Shown: positions 8,365 through 17,128, counted from the stretch's first letter. The stretch: DNA of 32,000 nt from an uncultured Chloroflexia bacterium (GCA_963704755.1 OY969938.1:3750001-3782000); one strand, 5' to 3'. The notes: a model not told the origin generated them from the letters alone. Program-made: numbers and translations.

Positions 8365-9693
8365 CTATTTTTGGGCTACTATTTTTTGTAAGTTGGGATA
8401 GGATGTAACCCAGGCGATGGTGTTGAGGAAGGCGCTCAGGCTGGGACTGTCGGCGCGCAAGGTGCGTACCGAACCCCCCACCGGATCTTCGCCGGCGGCG
8501 CCGCCGGGCACGTCGGCATAGGCGCCGTAAAAGGCGAAATAAGCCTGGTTCAGCCGGCGGATGTGATAGCCATTGTTCCAGAAAAATACCCGGCGGGTTT
8601 CCATATAGGATTCGGCCTGGTCGATCTTGCCATCCGCCAGCAGCGCATCCACGGTCACGCGGGTGGTGTGCATTTCGGCTTGAAAGTTAAAGGGCGGCGG
8701 CTGGTTGGAGGGCGTTTGGGTGCTGCTCTGCCCGCTGGAGGTGGTGGGCTGGGGGACCAGTTCGGGATAATAGCGCGCGATGACCTCCGAACCGATTTCG
8801 GTGCCGGAAATGTTGGCGGTGGTTTCGTTGATGGTGCGCATAGCCGGTGACGCATCGTACAGGGCACCCAGGGGGTGCCAGGTCAGAAAGTTGTGGGTCC
8901 ATTCGTGGGCCACAGTCTGGGTCAGCCAGTTGAGGTCGGTGGTGCTTTCCACCATGGTGGGGTACACGCCCACCCCGCCGACCGGGACGACCAGGGCCGA
9001 GACGTTCAAGCCCTGCTCGACCGACTGCTCCAGTTTGGTGATCTGGTCGAGGGTCAGGTCCGGCAGCAAGGAGATATCGGCTTCCTGGCGGATTGCGTCG
9101 CGGGGCGAGACGATCAAGGCCAGGGGCAGGGGGGTAATGTGATAGAGGGTCGGTGGCACCGGCTGCCCGCCCAGGCCGACGCCCATGTCGGCGATCACGC
9201 CGGCTACCTGGGATTGGATGACCAATTCGGCCAGGGGGGCCAGTTTGTTGACCTGCCGTTCCAGGTCGGCCTGGGTTGTGAGCAGGCTGGCTGCTTTTTC
9301 TTGCGGATTGGTCACGCTGGGATCGGAATAAATCGTGGTGATCTGGCTTTGGACCTGGTCGAGCTGGTTGAGGCGGTCGAGATAGCTGGCGACGATCGTC
9401 CGCTGCTGGTCCACGGTCAGAAAGCGGGGCAATCCCAAGGCGGCCTGCTCAATTTTTATGCCCAGGGCGTTCAACGTCCAGGCCACGTAATCGAATTCTT
9501 CCCAGCGAGTGTAGCGGCGCACCTGTTCGGTGGGGTCGCTGGAAAAATAATCACTGCGGATCATCAATAAGATCAGCAGGAGCATAATGATCGTGTTGCG
9601 GGTGATGTTGCGCATCTTGGCAGGCATCAGATTATCCTCAAAGGCGCGGGCTGCGAACCTGTCCATCATTTTACGACGAAATTCTAAAAGCAA
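8365..9693 (-). CDS. membrane-anchored hypothetical protein with HExxH motif (putative zinc metalloprotease)
   Basis: 442-aa ORF with an N-terminal TM segment (TIIMLLLILLMI), TVAHEWTHNF (HExxH) and a Thr/Ser/Pro/Gln-rich linker. I recognise no closer family. Confidence 0.7.
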   Translation of the reverse strand: MLLEFRRKMMDRFAARAFEDNLMPAKMRNITRNTIIMLLLILLMIRSDYFSSDPTEQVRRYTRWEEFDYVAWTLNALGIKIEQAALGLPRFLTVDQQRTIVASYLDRLNQLDQVQSQITTIYSDPSVTNPQEKAASLLTTQADLERQVNKLAPLAELVIQSQVAGVIADMGVGLGGQPVPPTLYHITPLPLALIVSPRDAIRQEADISLLPDLTLDQITKLEQSVEQGLNVSALVVPVGGVGVYPTMVESTTDLNWLTQTVAHEWTHNFLTWHPLGALYDASPAMRTINETTANISGTEIGSEVIARYYPELVPQPTTSSGQSSTQTPSNQPPPFNFQAEMHTTRVTVDALLADGKIDQAESYMETRRVFFWNNGYHIRRLNQAYFAFYGAYADVPGGAAGEDPVGGSVRTLRADSPSLSAFLNTIAWVTSYPNLQKIVAQK

Positions 9694-10026
9694 CCTTTGA
9701 AATTATCCGAAGAAATAATTTTTGGGGGATTGGTGAGGCTTTGGCTCACCAATCCCCAGCCTCTATATCCAAAGCTCAAAAAAAGCAAGGTTTTTTCTAC
9801 CTCTTCTAACGTAATCCTTATTTATTTAATGTATAGTATAGGTAATGGAAACATGGGACGGTCCTTATGTGGCTCCGGTGTTCTCCATGCCGTATAAACT
9901 ACTCAGACAGATGAATTACAGTTGCATAACCCGAGCCTGAGTAGTTTTCGGGCTTAATAATTGATAACCAGGCAGCGGGAGGCGTGCCCGCCCGGAATAT
10001 TGTCTCGCGCCAGAAGAGAGGTGGGG

Positions 10027-10731
10027 ATGGTAGATCAATTGGTTATCGAAGCAGTGGATCTGAAAAAGATCTACAGGATGGGGGATGTAGAAGTACAGGC
10101 CTTGCGTGGCGCTTCGCTCAATATTTTGCGTGGCGAAGTTGTTGCCATCATGGGGCCCTCCGGCTCGGGAAAATCGACCCTGATGAATATCCTCGGTTGC
10201 CTGGACCGGCCGACCAGTGGCAAATATGTACTGGATGGCAGCCTGGTCTCGAACCTGCGCGACGACCAACTGGCGATTATCCGCAACCAGAAGGTCGGGT
10301 TCGTATTCCAGAGCTTCAATCTGCTCCCGCGGGCATCGGCCCTGGCCAACGTCGAGCTGCCTTTACGCTACGCCGGCCAGAGCAGCAGCGCCAGAAAGCG
10401 GGCGAAAGCGGTGCTGGAAATCGTCGGCCTGGGTGACCGGCTCCACCACAAACCAGCCGAGCTCTCGGGCGGCCAGCAGCAGCGGGTGGCGATCGCCCGT
10501 GCGCTGATCAACGACCCGGCCATCGTGATGGCTGACGAGCCAACCGGTAACCTGGATTCGAAGTCCGGGGCGGAGATCATGGAGCTGATCTTGACCCTCA
10601 ACAAGGAGCAGGGCACAACCGTAATCGTCGTCACCCACGACCCGCGCATTGCCGAACAAACTCAGCGGATCATTCACCTGTACGATGGTGTGGTCGTCGA
10701 AAACGAGCCGGAGTTCGACGTGGTTGGGTAG
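10027..10731 (+). CDS. ABC transporter ATP-binding protein (MacB/LolD/FtsE-like)
   Basis: Walker A GPSGSGKST, signature LSGGQQQRVAIARAL, Walker B IVMADEPTGNLD and H-loop VVTHD. ATG at 10027 after GAGGTGGGG; the track ORF begins further upstream at 9961. No adjacent FtsX-type permease. Confidence 0.93.
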   Translation: MVDQLVIEAVDLKKIYRMGDVEVQALRGASLNILRGEVVAIMGPSGSGKSTLMNILGCLDRPTSGKYVLDGSLVSNLRDDQLAIIRNQKVGFVFQSFNLLPRASALANVELPLRYAGQSSSARKRAKAVLEIVGLGDRLHHKPAELSGGQQQRVAIARALINDPAIVMADEPTGNLDSKSGAEIMELILTLNKEQGTTVIVVTHDPRIAEQTQRIIHLYDGVVVENEPEFDVVG

Positions 10732-10800
10732 CTCGGGTTTCAAACCCGAGGGAAGGCCAGCGCGGGTAAATTCTGGCTTTGAAAGCCGGGCTGAACTCGA
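10724..10800 (+). repeat. solo partial copy of the 153-bp tandem-repeat unit
   Basis: GGTAGCTCGGGTTTCAAACCCGAGGGAA ... CTGGCTTTGAAAGCCGGGCT matches the first ~75 nt of the units at 12495/12648/12801. It overlaps the ABC ATPase stop codon (TAG 10729-10731). Confidence 0.6.
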
Positions 10801-10818
10801 TGAGGCCTTTAGTTTTGG

Positions 10819-11769
10819 TTACAGCAAAACAGGTTTCAGGAATTCGGATATCTGCGTGCCGATCTGGCGGGCGTAGAACGCCACGCTGGCATGGCCGCAG
10901 GGATACCAGAGCATTGGCGGCTCATTCCAGGCGCGGAACAGGCGGGTGGCGTTGCGCGGAGTGATGATCGGGTCGTGTTCGCCTGCCACCAGCAGAATCC
11001 GCTCGCGATCGATGCGCGGTTTCCAGTTGCCCGGGGCCATCACCCGCCACCAGTCTTCCAGGTCGGCCTGGGTGATGCCTTTGGCTTTCAATTCGCTGCG
11101 GATCAGACGAAACGAGAAGCCTGCCCAAATCACGTCGGCCAGGCTGTAGCCGCCCAGTAACGATATCAGCGCATCCGGGCGCTCATCCACCGTGGCGGCC
11201 ATGCAGGAAGTAAACGCCCCCAGGGATAGCCCGGCGATGGCCACTTTTTGGCCCTTGACCACTTTGAGGTAGGTGATCATCGAGCGCAGGTCCAGCACAC
11301 CCTGGCGAAAGGACTGGATGGTGCGCTCCAGATCGGCGCTCATGGCGTACATGCCCGACCAGGTACCGTGCGGACGGCGGCGCATGTGGTAGGGCAGGGT
11401 CAGGTAATAGATATCCACCCCGGCGCGGGCAATCTCTTCGGCGAACCACTTGAGCGGCTCGAAGCTGTGCATCTCATAGCCATGCAGCAGGATCAACGCT
11501 GCCGGAGCGTCACCCTTTTGCTGCAAATCGGCCAATCCGTGGACGATGTTATTGCGCGGGTGGGGTGATTGATAGCGGCTGGGAAAACGAAAGTGGACGT
11601 GCGTGCGGCCGTCCAGCCATTTGTAGATCTCGTCCATCTCGATCTCAGGCGGAGCGGGTGGAATGGTAAAGAGTTCGCCGGGATTACCGATAAACCCGTC
11701 CGAAAGTTCACGGGAAACGTGTTGGTACTGGGGCGGGGAAATAATGAGCCGGCCCGATCCCACGGTCAA
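10819..11769 (-). CDS. alpha/beta-fold hydrolase
   Basis: 316-aa ORF with nucleophile elbow GLSLGA (GxSxG), an oxyanion-region HG in LILLHGY, and late D/H candidates (GEHDPI, CGHAS). Start uncertain. Confidence 0.85.
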   Translation of the reverse strand: MTVGSGRLIISPPQYQHVSRELSDGFIGNPGELFTIPPAPPEIEMDEIYKWLDGRTHVHFRFPSRYQSPHPRNNIVHGLADLQQKGDAPAALILLHGYEMHSFEPLKWFAEEIARAGVDIYYLTLPYHMRRRPHGTWSGMYAMSADLERTIQSFRQGVLDLRSMITYLKVVKGQKVAIAGLSLGAFTSCMAATVDERPDALISLLGGYSLADVIWAGFSFRLIRSELKAKGITQADLEDWWRVMAPGNWKPRIDRERILLVAGEHDPIITPRNATRLFRAWNEPPMLWYPCGHASVAFYARQIGTQISEFLKPVLL

Positions 11770-11812
11770 TTCGATGACATTATCGATCAGGTGTGCAATC
11801 GTACGAATTCAT

Positions 11813-12211
11813 TTAAAGGGTTTGCTTTTTCTGGTCCAGGCGCTCATTGAACTGCTTTTGGTTGATGATGAACCGTTCGTGCTCGCCCTCACCGATCTTG
11901 TCCACCGCATCCCAGGCCTCGACTTTGAAGCGCAGCCGGCGGCGGTCCACTTCCAGCAGCTCAGCGCGGAAGCGTACCTGCATCCCCACCGGTGTGGCGG
12001 CCAGGTGACGGATGGTGACCGACATGCCCACGCTGCCCTGGCCTTCTTCCAGATAGGGTTCGATGGCCTGGTGTGCGGCGCGTTCCATGAATCCGATCAG
12101 GCGCGGTGTGCTGAACACTTCCGGGAAGGACTCGCCGCCGGAATAGCGGGCCGTATCCTCAGGCTGGACGGTGATGGTTAGTTCTTTGGTTAAACCGGGT
12201 TCGAGTGGCAT
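11813..12211 (-). CDS. hotdog-fold thioesterase (FlK/thioesterase-superfamily-like)
   Basis: 132-aa ORF. The pattern TITV..EDTA...G....VFSTP.LIGFME.AA is typical of small hotdog thioesterases. GAGGAAG RBS. It sits 44 nt upstream of the hydrolase on the same strand. Confidence 0.8.
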   Translation of the reverse strand: MPLEPGLTKELTITVQPEDTARYSGGESFPEVFSTPRLIGFMERAAHQAIEPYLEEGQGSVGMSVTIRHLAATPVGMQVRFRAELLEVDRRRLRFKVEAWDAVDKIGEGEHERFIINQKQFNERLDQKKQTL

Positions 12212-12235
12212 AGCTGCATCTTCCTCTGGTTATGT

Positions 12236-12284
12236 TTTCATGTTTCCATTCTGGCAGCTTTGCTGCCAGAATGGAAACATGAAA
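12236..12284. other. long perfect hairpin (23-bp stem, 3-nt loop)
   Basis: TTTCATGTTTCCATTCTGGCAGC-ttt-GCTGCCAGAATGGAAACATGAAA, between the thioesterase start and the tandem array. TTTTT follows 4 nt later on the + strand. Confidence 0.7.
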
Positions 12285-12349
12285 CGACTTTTTGTATTTA
12301 AAAACGAACGATGGTTGATTTTACCAGAAGCGGGGTGAAACCTCACTTT

Positions 12350-12985
12350 TTTAGGGCTCCGGGCTTTCGCTCGACGACCCTGGTAGCCCGGCATTCAAAG
12401 CCGGGTTCTTTGTCGATGTCGAAGAGCGGGCTCGGTCTGGAGACCGGCCCGAACGCCGGCGGGAAACCGTCTTGGAGGGCAAGCGCCGGGGCGTGGTAGC
12501 TCGGGTTTCAAACCCGAGGGAACCTATGCCTGGGCGCATTCCGGTTTTCAAAGCCGGGTTCTTTGCCAAAATGGAAGAGCGGGCTCGGTCTGGAGACCGG
12601 CCCGAACGCCGGCGGGAAACCGTCTTGGAAGGCAAGCGCCTGGGTGTGGTAGCTCGGGATTCAAACCCGAGGGAACCTCCGCCTGGGCGCATTCCGGTTT
12701 TCAAAGCCGGGTTCTTTGTCGATGTCGCAGAGCGGGCTCGGTCTGGAGACCGGCCCGAACACCGGCGGGAAGCCGTCTTGGAAGGCAAGCGCCAGGGTAG
12801 GGTAGCTCGGGTTTCAAACCCGAGGGAACCTCGGCCTGGGCGCATTCCGGCTTTCAAAGCCGGGTTCTTTGCCAAAATGGAAGAACGGGCTCGGTCTGGA
12901 GACCGGCCCGAACGCCGGCGGGAAGCCGTCTTGGAAGGCAAGCGCCGGGGATTGGTAGCTCGGGTTTCAAACCCGGGGGAACGCT
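12350..12985. repeat. 153-bp tandem repeat array, about 4.2 copies with A/B alternation (306-bp higher-order period)
   Basis: GGTAGCTCGGG recurs at 12495, 12648, 12801 and 12954, an exact 153-nt spacing. A degenerate unit precedes 12495. Each unit has three hairpins: CTCGGGTTTCAAACCCGAG, CCGG(T/C)TTTCAAAGCCGG and CGGGCTCGGTCTGGAGACCGGCCCG. One segment alternates between TCGATGTCG(A/C)AGAG and CCAAAATGGAAGA(G/A). Confidence 0.9.
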
Positions 12986-13060
12986 TGACTGGTTTTGGAC
13001 AAGGGTAGCATTTATGGAGCCGGTTTTGCCCGGATTGACAGGCGCTCGCCCTCACCCCAA

Positions 13061-13086
13061 CCCCTCTCCCAGAAGCGGGAGAGGGG
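13061..13086 (-). terminator. GC-rich hairpin downstream of the large membrane-protein gene
   Basis: CCCCTCTCCC-agaagc-GGGAGAGGGG, a 10-bp stem, 100 nt past the stop at 13187. No clear U-tract, so terminator function is uncertain. Confidence 0.35.
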
Positions 13087-13186
13087 CTAAGAATCCCCCT
13101 GGCCCCGGCAGGCGCAAGTTAACGCCTTCTCTGTATAGAACAGGTCCTAAAAGTGAATATGCTTCTATGGCCTAAAATATGGCCTT

Positions 13187-15016
13187 CTAGCGTGTAAAAA
13201 AGGCAGCGATCTGGGCATACAACCGGGGATTATTGGCCATGAAGCGCTGGTCGGGGGCCTGGAAGGCGGCCAGCAGGCTGATGCTGATCGAAACGACGAT
13301 CAACATCACAGCGGCCAGGTGGAGCAGTACCCGCCAGTACGGGTGGGACGGGCTGGCGCGGAGCTGGTGGGCCGTCCAATACCAGCCGATCGCCGCGACC
13401 ACCACCAACAGCGGGGTCGCGTCGGCCAGGTAACGCATGGTGCTAAAGATAAAGATCAGGATGGTGAAAAACGCCAGCAAAGCCCCGCCGCCGGCCAGGA
13501 GAACCAGCCAGGAAAGGACCCGAGAGGCGACCAGCCCGGCCGGGGCCGGCCGCTCGTGGAGCCAGGCGGTGAATCGCCGCAGAGATCCGCTCAATGGCGC
13601 CAGGCCGATGAGAACCGCCGGGGTGCTCAAGAGGAGGCCGCTAACCGGTTCGGCATAGACGTAATTCGGGGGCGGTTGAATGAAGAAAGGCCAGCTCGTT
13701 TGCTTCAGGAAGGGGGTAAACAGGAAGGGAAATTCATGCCAGTGAATCAGGAGCGGCCGGAAGGCGTAGTTGTATAGATTGGGAACCAGGTAAGCCAGGG
13801 AGGTGGTCAGGCTGTAATCTGCCGGCAAGGACAGGCCGGTAAGCTGGTAGCGGTGTCCGGTCTCGAGAATCGAGCCGAAACGGGCAAAGTTATACCAGGC
13901 CATCCCGGCCGCGAAGATGCCCAGCGGGACAAGCAGGCTGGCCAATAAGGCTATCTTTTTCCTCAGGCTGGACTGCTTGTCGATCCAGGCCAGCCAGGCC
14001 ACAGCCAGCAGCACGAACAAGATGATCTCGATGGCCAGGTCCACCCGGCTGTTGGCGGCCAGTCCCCAGGAGATGCCGGCCAGGACCAGGAAAACCGGCC
14101 GGGCCGGTGGCTGCGCCAGCCCGCGCAAGAAGAGCGCCAGCCCGAGAATCAAAAAGCACTGTCCGGAGGCAATGGCGGTTTCGTATACGTCCGGCCGGTT
14201 GATCAGCCAGAGCATGGGCAGGGCCAGCCCGCCCAACAGGGCCAACGGAAAGAGCGGCCAGGCGGGTGAGCGGCTGAAAAAGAGTTTGCGGATCAGCCAG
14301 AGCAGCCAGGTAAAGGCCAGGGCGAACCCGGCCATGAAACCCAAAAGAAGATATTGGTCCTCGACCACGACCGGGACGATCGCTTTGACCAGCGCCGCGA
14401 ATAGAGCCGGGACCGGCCCGAAATAGAGGTAGTAATTGCCATTGTAAAGCGATGCGTCCCAAAGGACCGGGATGCCCTCGCGGTTGTGATAATCGTAGGG
14501 CTGGGCCAGGGCGAGCAGCTCGGCCGAAGGCTTTTCGATCAAAGAGAGCTGCCCATGCAGAAAACCGTCGGCCAGTTGGTCGTAATAATGCGAGTAAGGC
14601 GTCCAGGTGCCCCAGGTGCCGGCGGTGATATACCAAAAATAACTTATCAGAACGATGGCCGCGCCGGCGTAACTATAGGACAACCCGCGGCGGTTCAAGC
14701 GGCTTTCATCCGCAAGCCGAACGGAGCCGCGACCGTCTATGGAAACGCCCAGGCGATCCAGGCGGGCAGCGATCGCCAGCCAGCCGGCAGTTGTTTTGAT
14801 TTTGGCCATAAGCCGGCCGAGCTGGCGATGAAGGGTCAATAGCAAAAACAGCACCAGGGCCAGGCTGCCCAGGATAAAGGTGATAATCCGCCCGCGGCCC
14901 CAGCCCGGGTCATTGTCAATGCCCAATTGAACAGCAAAGATACTTCCGAGGGTGAATGAAATTCCGAAGAGAAGCGAGAGGCCTTGCAAGATGAGACGGG
15001 CGATTTTTACTCGCAA
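13187..15016 (-). CDS. large polytopic membrane protein, possibly a GT-C/ArnT-PMT-like glycosyltransferase
   Basis: More than 12 hydrophobic segments. The track ORF (to 15292) overlaps the upstream SBP gene in another frame and has an Arg/Pro-rich non-protein-like head. The in-frame TTG at 15016 (MRVKIARLILQGL...) lies 20 nt after the SBP stop. Confidence 0.65.
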   Translation of the reverse strand: MRVKIARLILQGLSLLFGISFTLGSIFAVQLGIDNDPGWGRGRIITFILGSLALVLFLLLTLHRQLGRLMAKIKTTAGWLAIAARLDRLGVSIDGRGSVRLADESRLNRRGLSYSYAGAAIVLISYFWYITAGTWGTWTPYSHYYDQLADGFLHGQLSLIEKPSAELLALAQPYDYHNREGIPVLWDASLYNGNYYLYFGPVPALFAALVKAIVPVVVEDQYLLLGFMAGFALAFTWLLWLIRKLFFSRSPAWPLFPLALLGGLALPMLWLINRPDVYETAIASGQCFLILGLALFLRGLAQPPARPVFLVLAGISWGLAANSRVDLAIEIILFVLLAVAWLAWIDKQSSLRKKIALLASLLVPLGIFAAGMAWYNFARFGSILETGHRYQLTGLSLPADYSLTTSLAYLVPNLYNYAFRPLLIHWHEFPFLFTPFLKQTSWPFFIQPPPNYVYAEPVSGLLLSTPAVLIGLAPLSGSLRRFTAWLHERPAPAGLVASRVLSWLVLLAGGGALLAFFTILIFIFSTMRYLADATPLLVVVAAIGWYWTAHQLRASPSHPYWRVLLHLAAVMLIVVSISISLLAAFQAPDQRFMANNPRLYAQIAAFFTR

Positions 15017-15035
15017 CAGGCTGCCTTTTGCGGAA

Positions 15036-16505
15036 TTACTTTTGGGCTTGAGCGACCTCGTCGATGGTGGCGTCCAACTGGCTGAGGATGGTCGGAATCT
15101 GACTGGCCGGCAGATAGCTTTGCAGCGACTGCCAGGCGGCGTCTCCCAGCACCAGGCGGGCCACCCGCCAGTCGCTGACGGTCGGTGCAGCCTGGGCCAG
15201 GGGGATCCATTCGATGGTCTTTGACCATTGCGGGTAGGTCTGTCCGTAGGAGCCGGCCAGTTGGGCAGCCCCGCTGCTGACCGGCAGGCCACCGCCGGCT
15301 TCGAGCAGTTGCAGTTCTTTCTGGGGGTCGGTCATCCAACGAATGAACAGCCAGGCGGCCAGCTCCTGGGCAGGTGTCGATTTCAGCACCCCGTAAGACA
15401 GGCCGCTGACTACCACGGTGGGTTTTTCGGTCCCGGGGTAAGGCAGCACGGTCCATTTATCCTGGTTCTTCTGTTGGGCCATGGCTTCGGTTTGGGAGGG
15501 AATGTCCAGCAGGCTGCCGGTGTAGAACAGGGTCTCACGATCGGCAAAGTAGCCGGCTGCATCGCCGGTACGGGCCGACCAGGCGCAGCCTGCATCCACC
15601 AGGCCGCGCAGGTATTCGAACGCCTGGCGGGTGGCGGGCTGTTCCAGGGTAATCGTGGGCGGGTCGCCTTTCAAGGCGCTATCCAATCCAAAGGCTTTGA
15701 TCCAGGCGTAGATGTCCAGCCCGTCGGTGTCCACAATCCAACCGCCGGTGCCGTCGTTGTCGCGGCCGGAATCGCTGTTGTTGGCCTGGGCCGCGGCGCA
15801 GGCCTGGGTTTCCAGGTCGGCCGTGCTGGCCGGCGGCTGGCTGAAGCCTAACTCGGCCGCCCAGGTGAGGTTGTAGTAGATAACCGGGGCGCTGCGCTGG
15901 AAGGGGATACCGAGCTGGTAGCCGTCGGTCTGGTCCTGCTGCCAGAAAACTAACGGGAAATCGGCCCGCTGTTGTTCGTCCAGGCCCCAGGTAGGGTCGT
16001 TGATGTAATCGTTGAGCACCACCACCCGGTTGCCCTGATCGTACCAGTTCTGTAAATCTTCCGAGGGAGCGATGACCAGTTGAGGGTAAATATCGGTGCC
16101 GGCGGCGGTTACGAGCTGCTGCTCCAGCACGCTGCTGGAACCGGGCTGTTTGACCTGGACGTGGATGCCCCATTCATTGGCCTGGTTGAACGAATCCACG
16201 AACTGGTTGATCCGGTCGCCCAGTGCGCCGGTCCAGGGATGCCAGAAGATGACCTGGGCGCCTTGAAGGTCCGCCAGCGGCACCAGGAAGGCCGGGGTGG
16301 GGGTAAGGGTACTGGTCGAGATGGGCCGGGGCGTGCGGGTAGGGACGGGCGTATCGCTGGGTTGAACTTCTCCCCCCTTATCCGCCGGAAATAAAGGCAG
16401 GCAGCCGGAAAGGATCAGGCTGGCCAGAACCAGGCTGGTGAGGAGCGCGGCTGTTCGAGCGGGTAAGGTGTGTTTGGACATAACATCAGGCCGGGTGCGG
16501 TTCAA
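15036..16505 (-). CDS. ABC transporter substrate-binding lipoprotein (family-1 extracellular solute-binding protein)
   Basis: Lipobox LILSGC followed by a Thr/Pro linker and a typical sugar-type SBP body. The likely start is the ATG at 16481 (MSKHTL...); the track start at 16505 is a TTG overlapping the NUDIX stop. No permease or ATPase adjacent. Confidence 0.88.
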   Translation of the reverse strand: MNRTRPDVMSKHTLPARTAALLTSLVLASLILSGCLPLFPADKGGEVQPSDTPVPTRTPRPISTSTLTPTPAFLVPLADLQGAQVIFWHPWTGALGDRINQFVDSFNQANEWGIHVQVKQPGSSSVLEQQLVTAAGTDIYPQLVIAPSEDLQNWYDQGNRVVVLNDYINDPTWGLDEQQRADFPLVFWQQDQTDGYQLGIPFQRSAPVIYYNLTWAAELGFSQPPASTADLETQACAAAQANNSDSGRDNDGTGGWIVDTDGLDIYAWIKAFGLDSALKGDPPTITLEQPATRQAFEYLRGLVDAGCAWSARTGDAAGYFADRETLFYTGSLLDIPSQTEAMAQQKNQDKWTVLPYPGTEKPTVVVSGLSYGVLKSTPAQELAAWLFIRWMTDPQKELQLLEAGGGLPVSSGAAQLAGSYGQTYPQWSKTIEWIPLAQAAPTVSDWRVARLVLGDAAWQSLQSYLPASQIPTILSQLDATIDEVAQAQK

Positions 16506-17128
16506 TCAAAATCGGTAGGCAAGTCGGGGTCGTGCAGGTGCTCGAAAAAGCGCTCGATTTCTTCCTGGCTCACCCGCGCGATCGAGAGCGGCGGGATTTC
16601 ATCCGGGCCGTAAAACTCGGCTCCGCCGGTTTCGATGCTGGTAGTAGCTTCACCGCCGATCAGATCGCACAGCACGAATATTTTGTAGATATGGAAGATG
16701 TAGGGGGTATGGTGATGCCTGGGGTCGTTGCGGTCGTACACCGCCAGGACTTTGCGCGCCTTGACCAGGTAGCCCGATTCCTCGCGGACTTCGCGTTCGA
16801 CCGCATGGCTGAGCGGCTCACCCACGTCCACCCAACCGCCAGGCAGGGTCCAGCCGCCATCGATCAATTCCTTGACCATCAAAATTTTGCCGTCTTTGAA
16901 GACCACCCCACGGCCATCCAGTTTGGGGGTGGCGTAGCCGGCTTCGTTCCTGAAAGAAGCCAGGATAGGTTCGAATTCGGATTGTCCATATTCCGCAGCG
17001 ACCTGTGCGGATATTTCCTGCAGGGTGCGAAAGCGTTCGATGTCAAATGGGTTTTGGGTGTACGCCAGCCCATCCTGGGCGATGGCCTGCACCTGCTGGA
17101 CCCAATCCAGCCATTTTGGTGTCGTCAT
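16502..17128 (-). CDS. NUDIX hydrolase with N-terminal NUDIX-associated domain
   Basis: Nudix box GGWVDVGEPLSHAVEREVREESG. The N-terminal WLDWVQQVQAIAQDGLAYTQNPFDIERF is typical of the Nudix_N domain. Confidence 0.92.
   Translation of the reverse strand: MTTPKWLDWVQQVQAIAQDGLAYTQNPFDIERFRTLQEISAQVAAEYGQSEFEPILASFRNEAGYATPKLDGRGVVFKDGKILMVKELIDGGWTLPGGWVDVGEPLSHAVEREVREESGYLVKARKVLAVYDRNDPRHHHTPYIFHIYKIFVLCDLIGGEATTSIETGGAEFYGPDEIPPLSIARVSQEEIERFFEHLHDPDLPTDFD

Noticed and set aside
12495-12525. tRNA-like T-arm (GGTAGCTCGGGTTTCAAACCCGAG) or tRNA-derived element
   Set aside because: The loop reads TTTCAAA rather than a TTCRANY loop on a 5-bp stem. No acceptor, D-arm or anticodon arm can be built around it. 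I found no tRNA anywhere in the window, including at the island edges.
12350-12985. Tandem array as a CRISPR locus
   Set aside because: The units are contiguous 153-nt repeats with no unique spacers. The short hairpins inside are separated by conserved sequence, not variable sequence. No cas genes or leader are present in the window.
12351-13055. Track ORFs 12351-13055 (-, 234 aa) and 12472-13008 (+, 178 aa) as repeat proteins
   Set aside because: Both strands are open only because the repeat period (153) is a multiple of 3. The products are extreme Arg/Ser/Pro/Gly low-complexity sequences with no RBS or family resemblance. The units are dominated by hairpins, so they are more likely non-coding.
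15017-15292. N-terminal 92 codons of track ORF 13187-15292
   Set aside because: This part overlaps the 3' end of the SBP gene in another frame and is Arg/Pro/Trp-rich, typical of GC-rich out-of-frame sequence. An in-frame TTG at 15016 sits just after the SBP stop and starts directly at the first TM segment.
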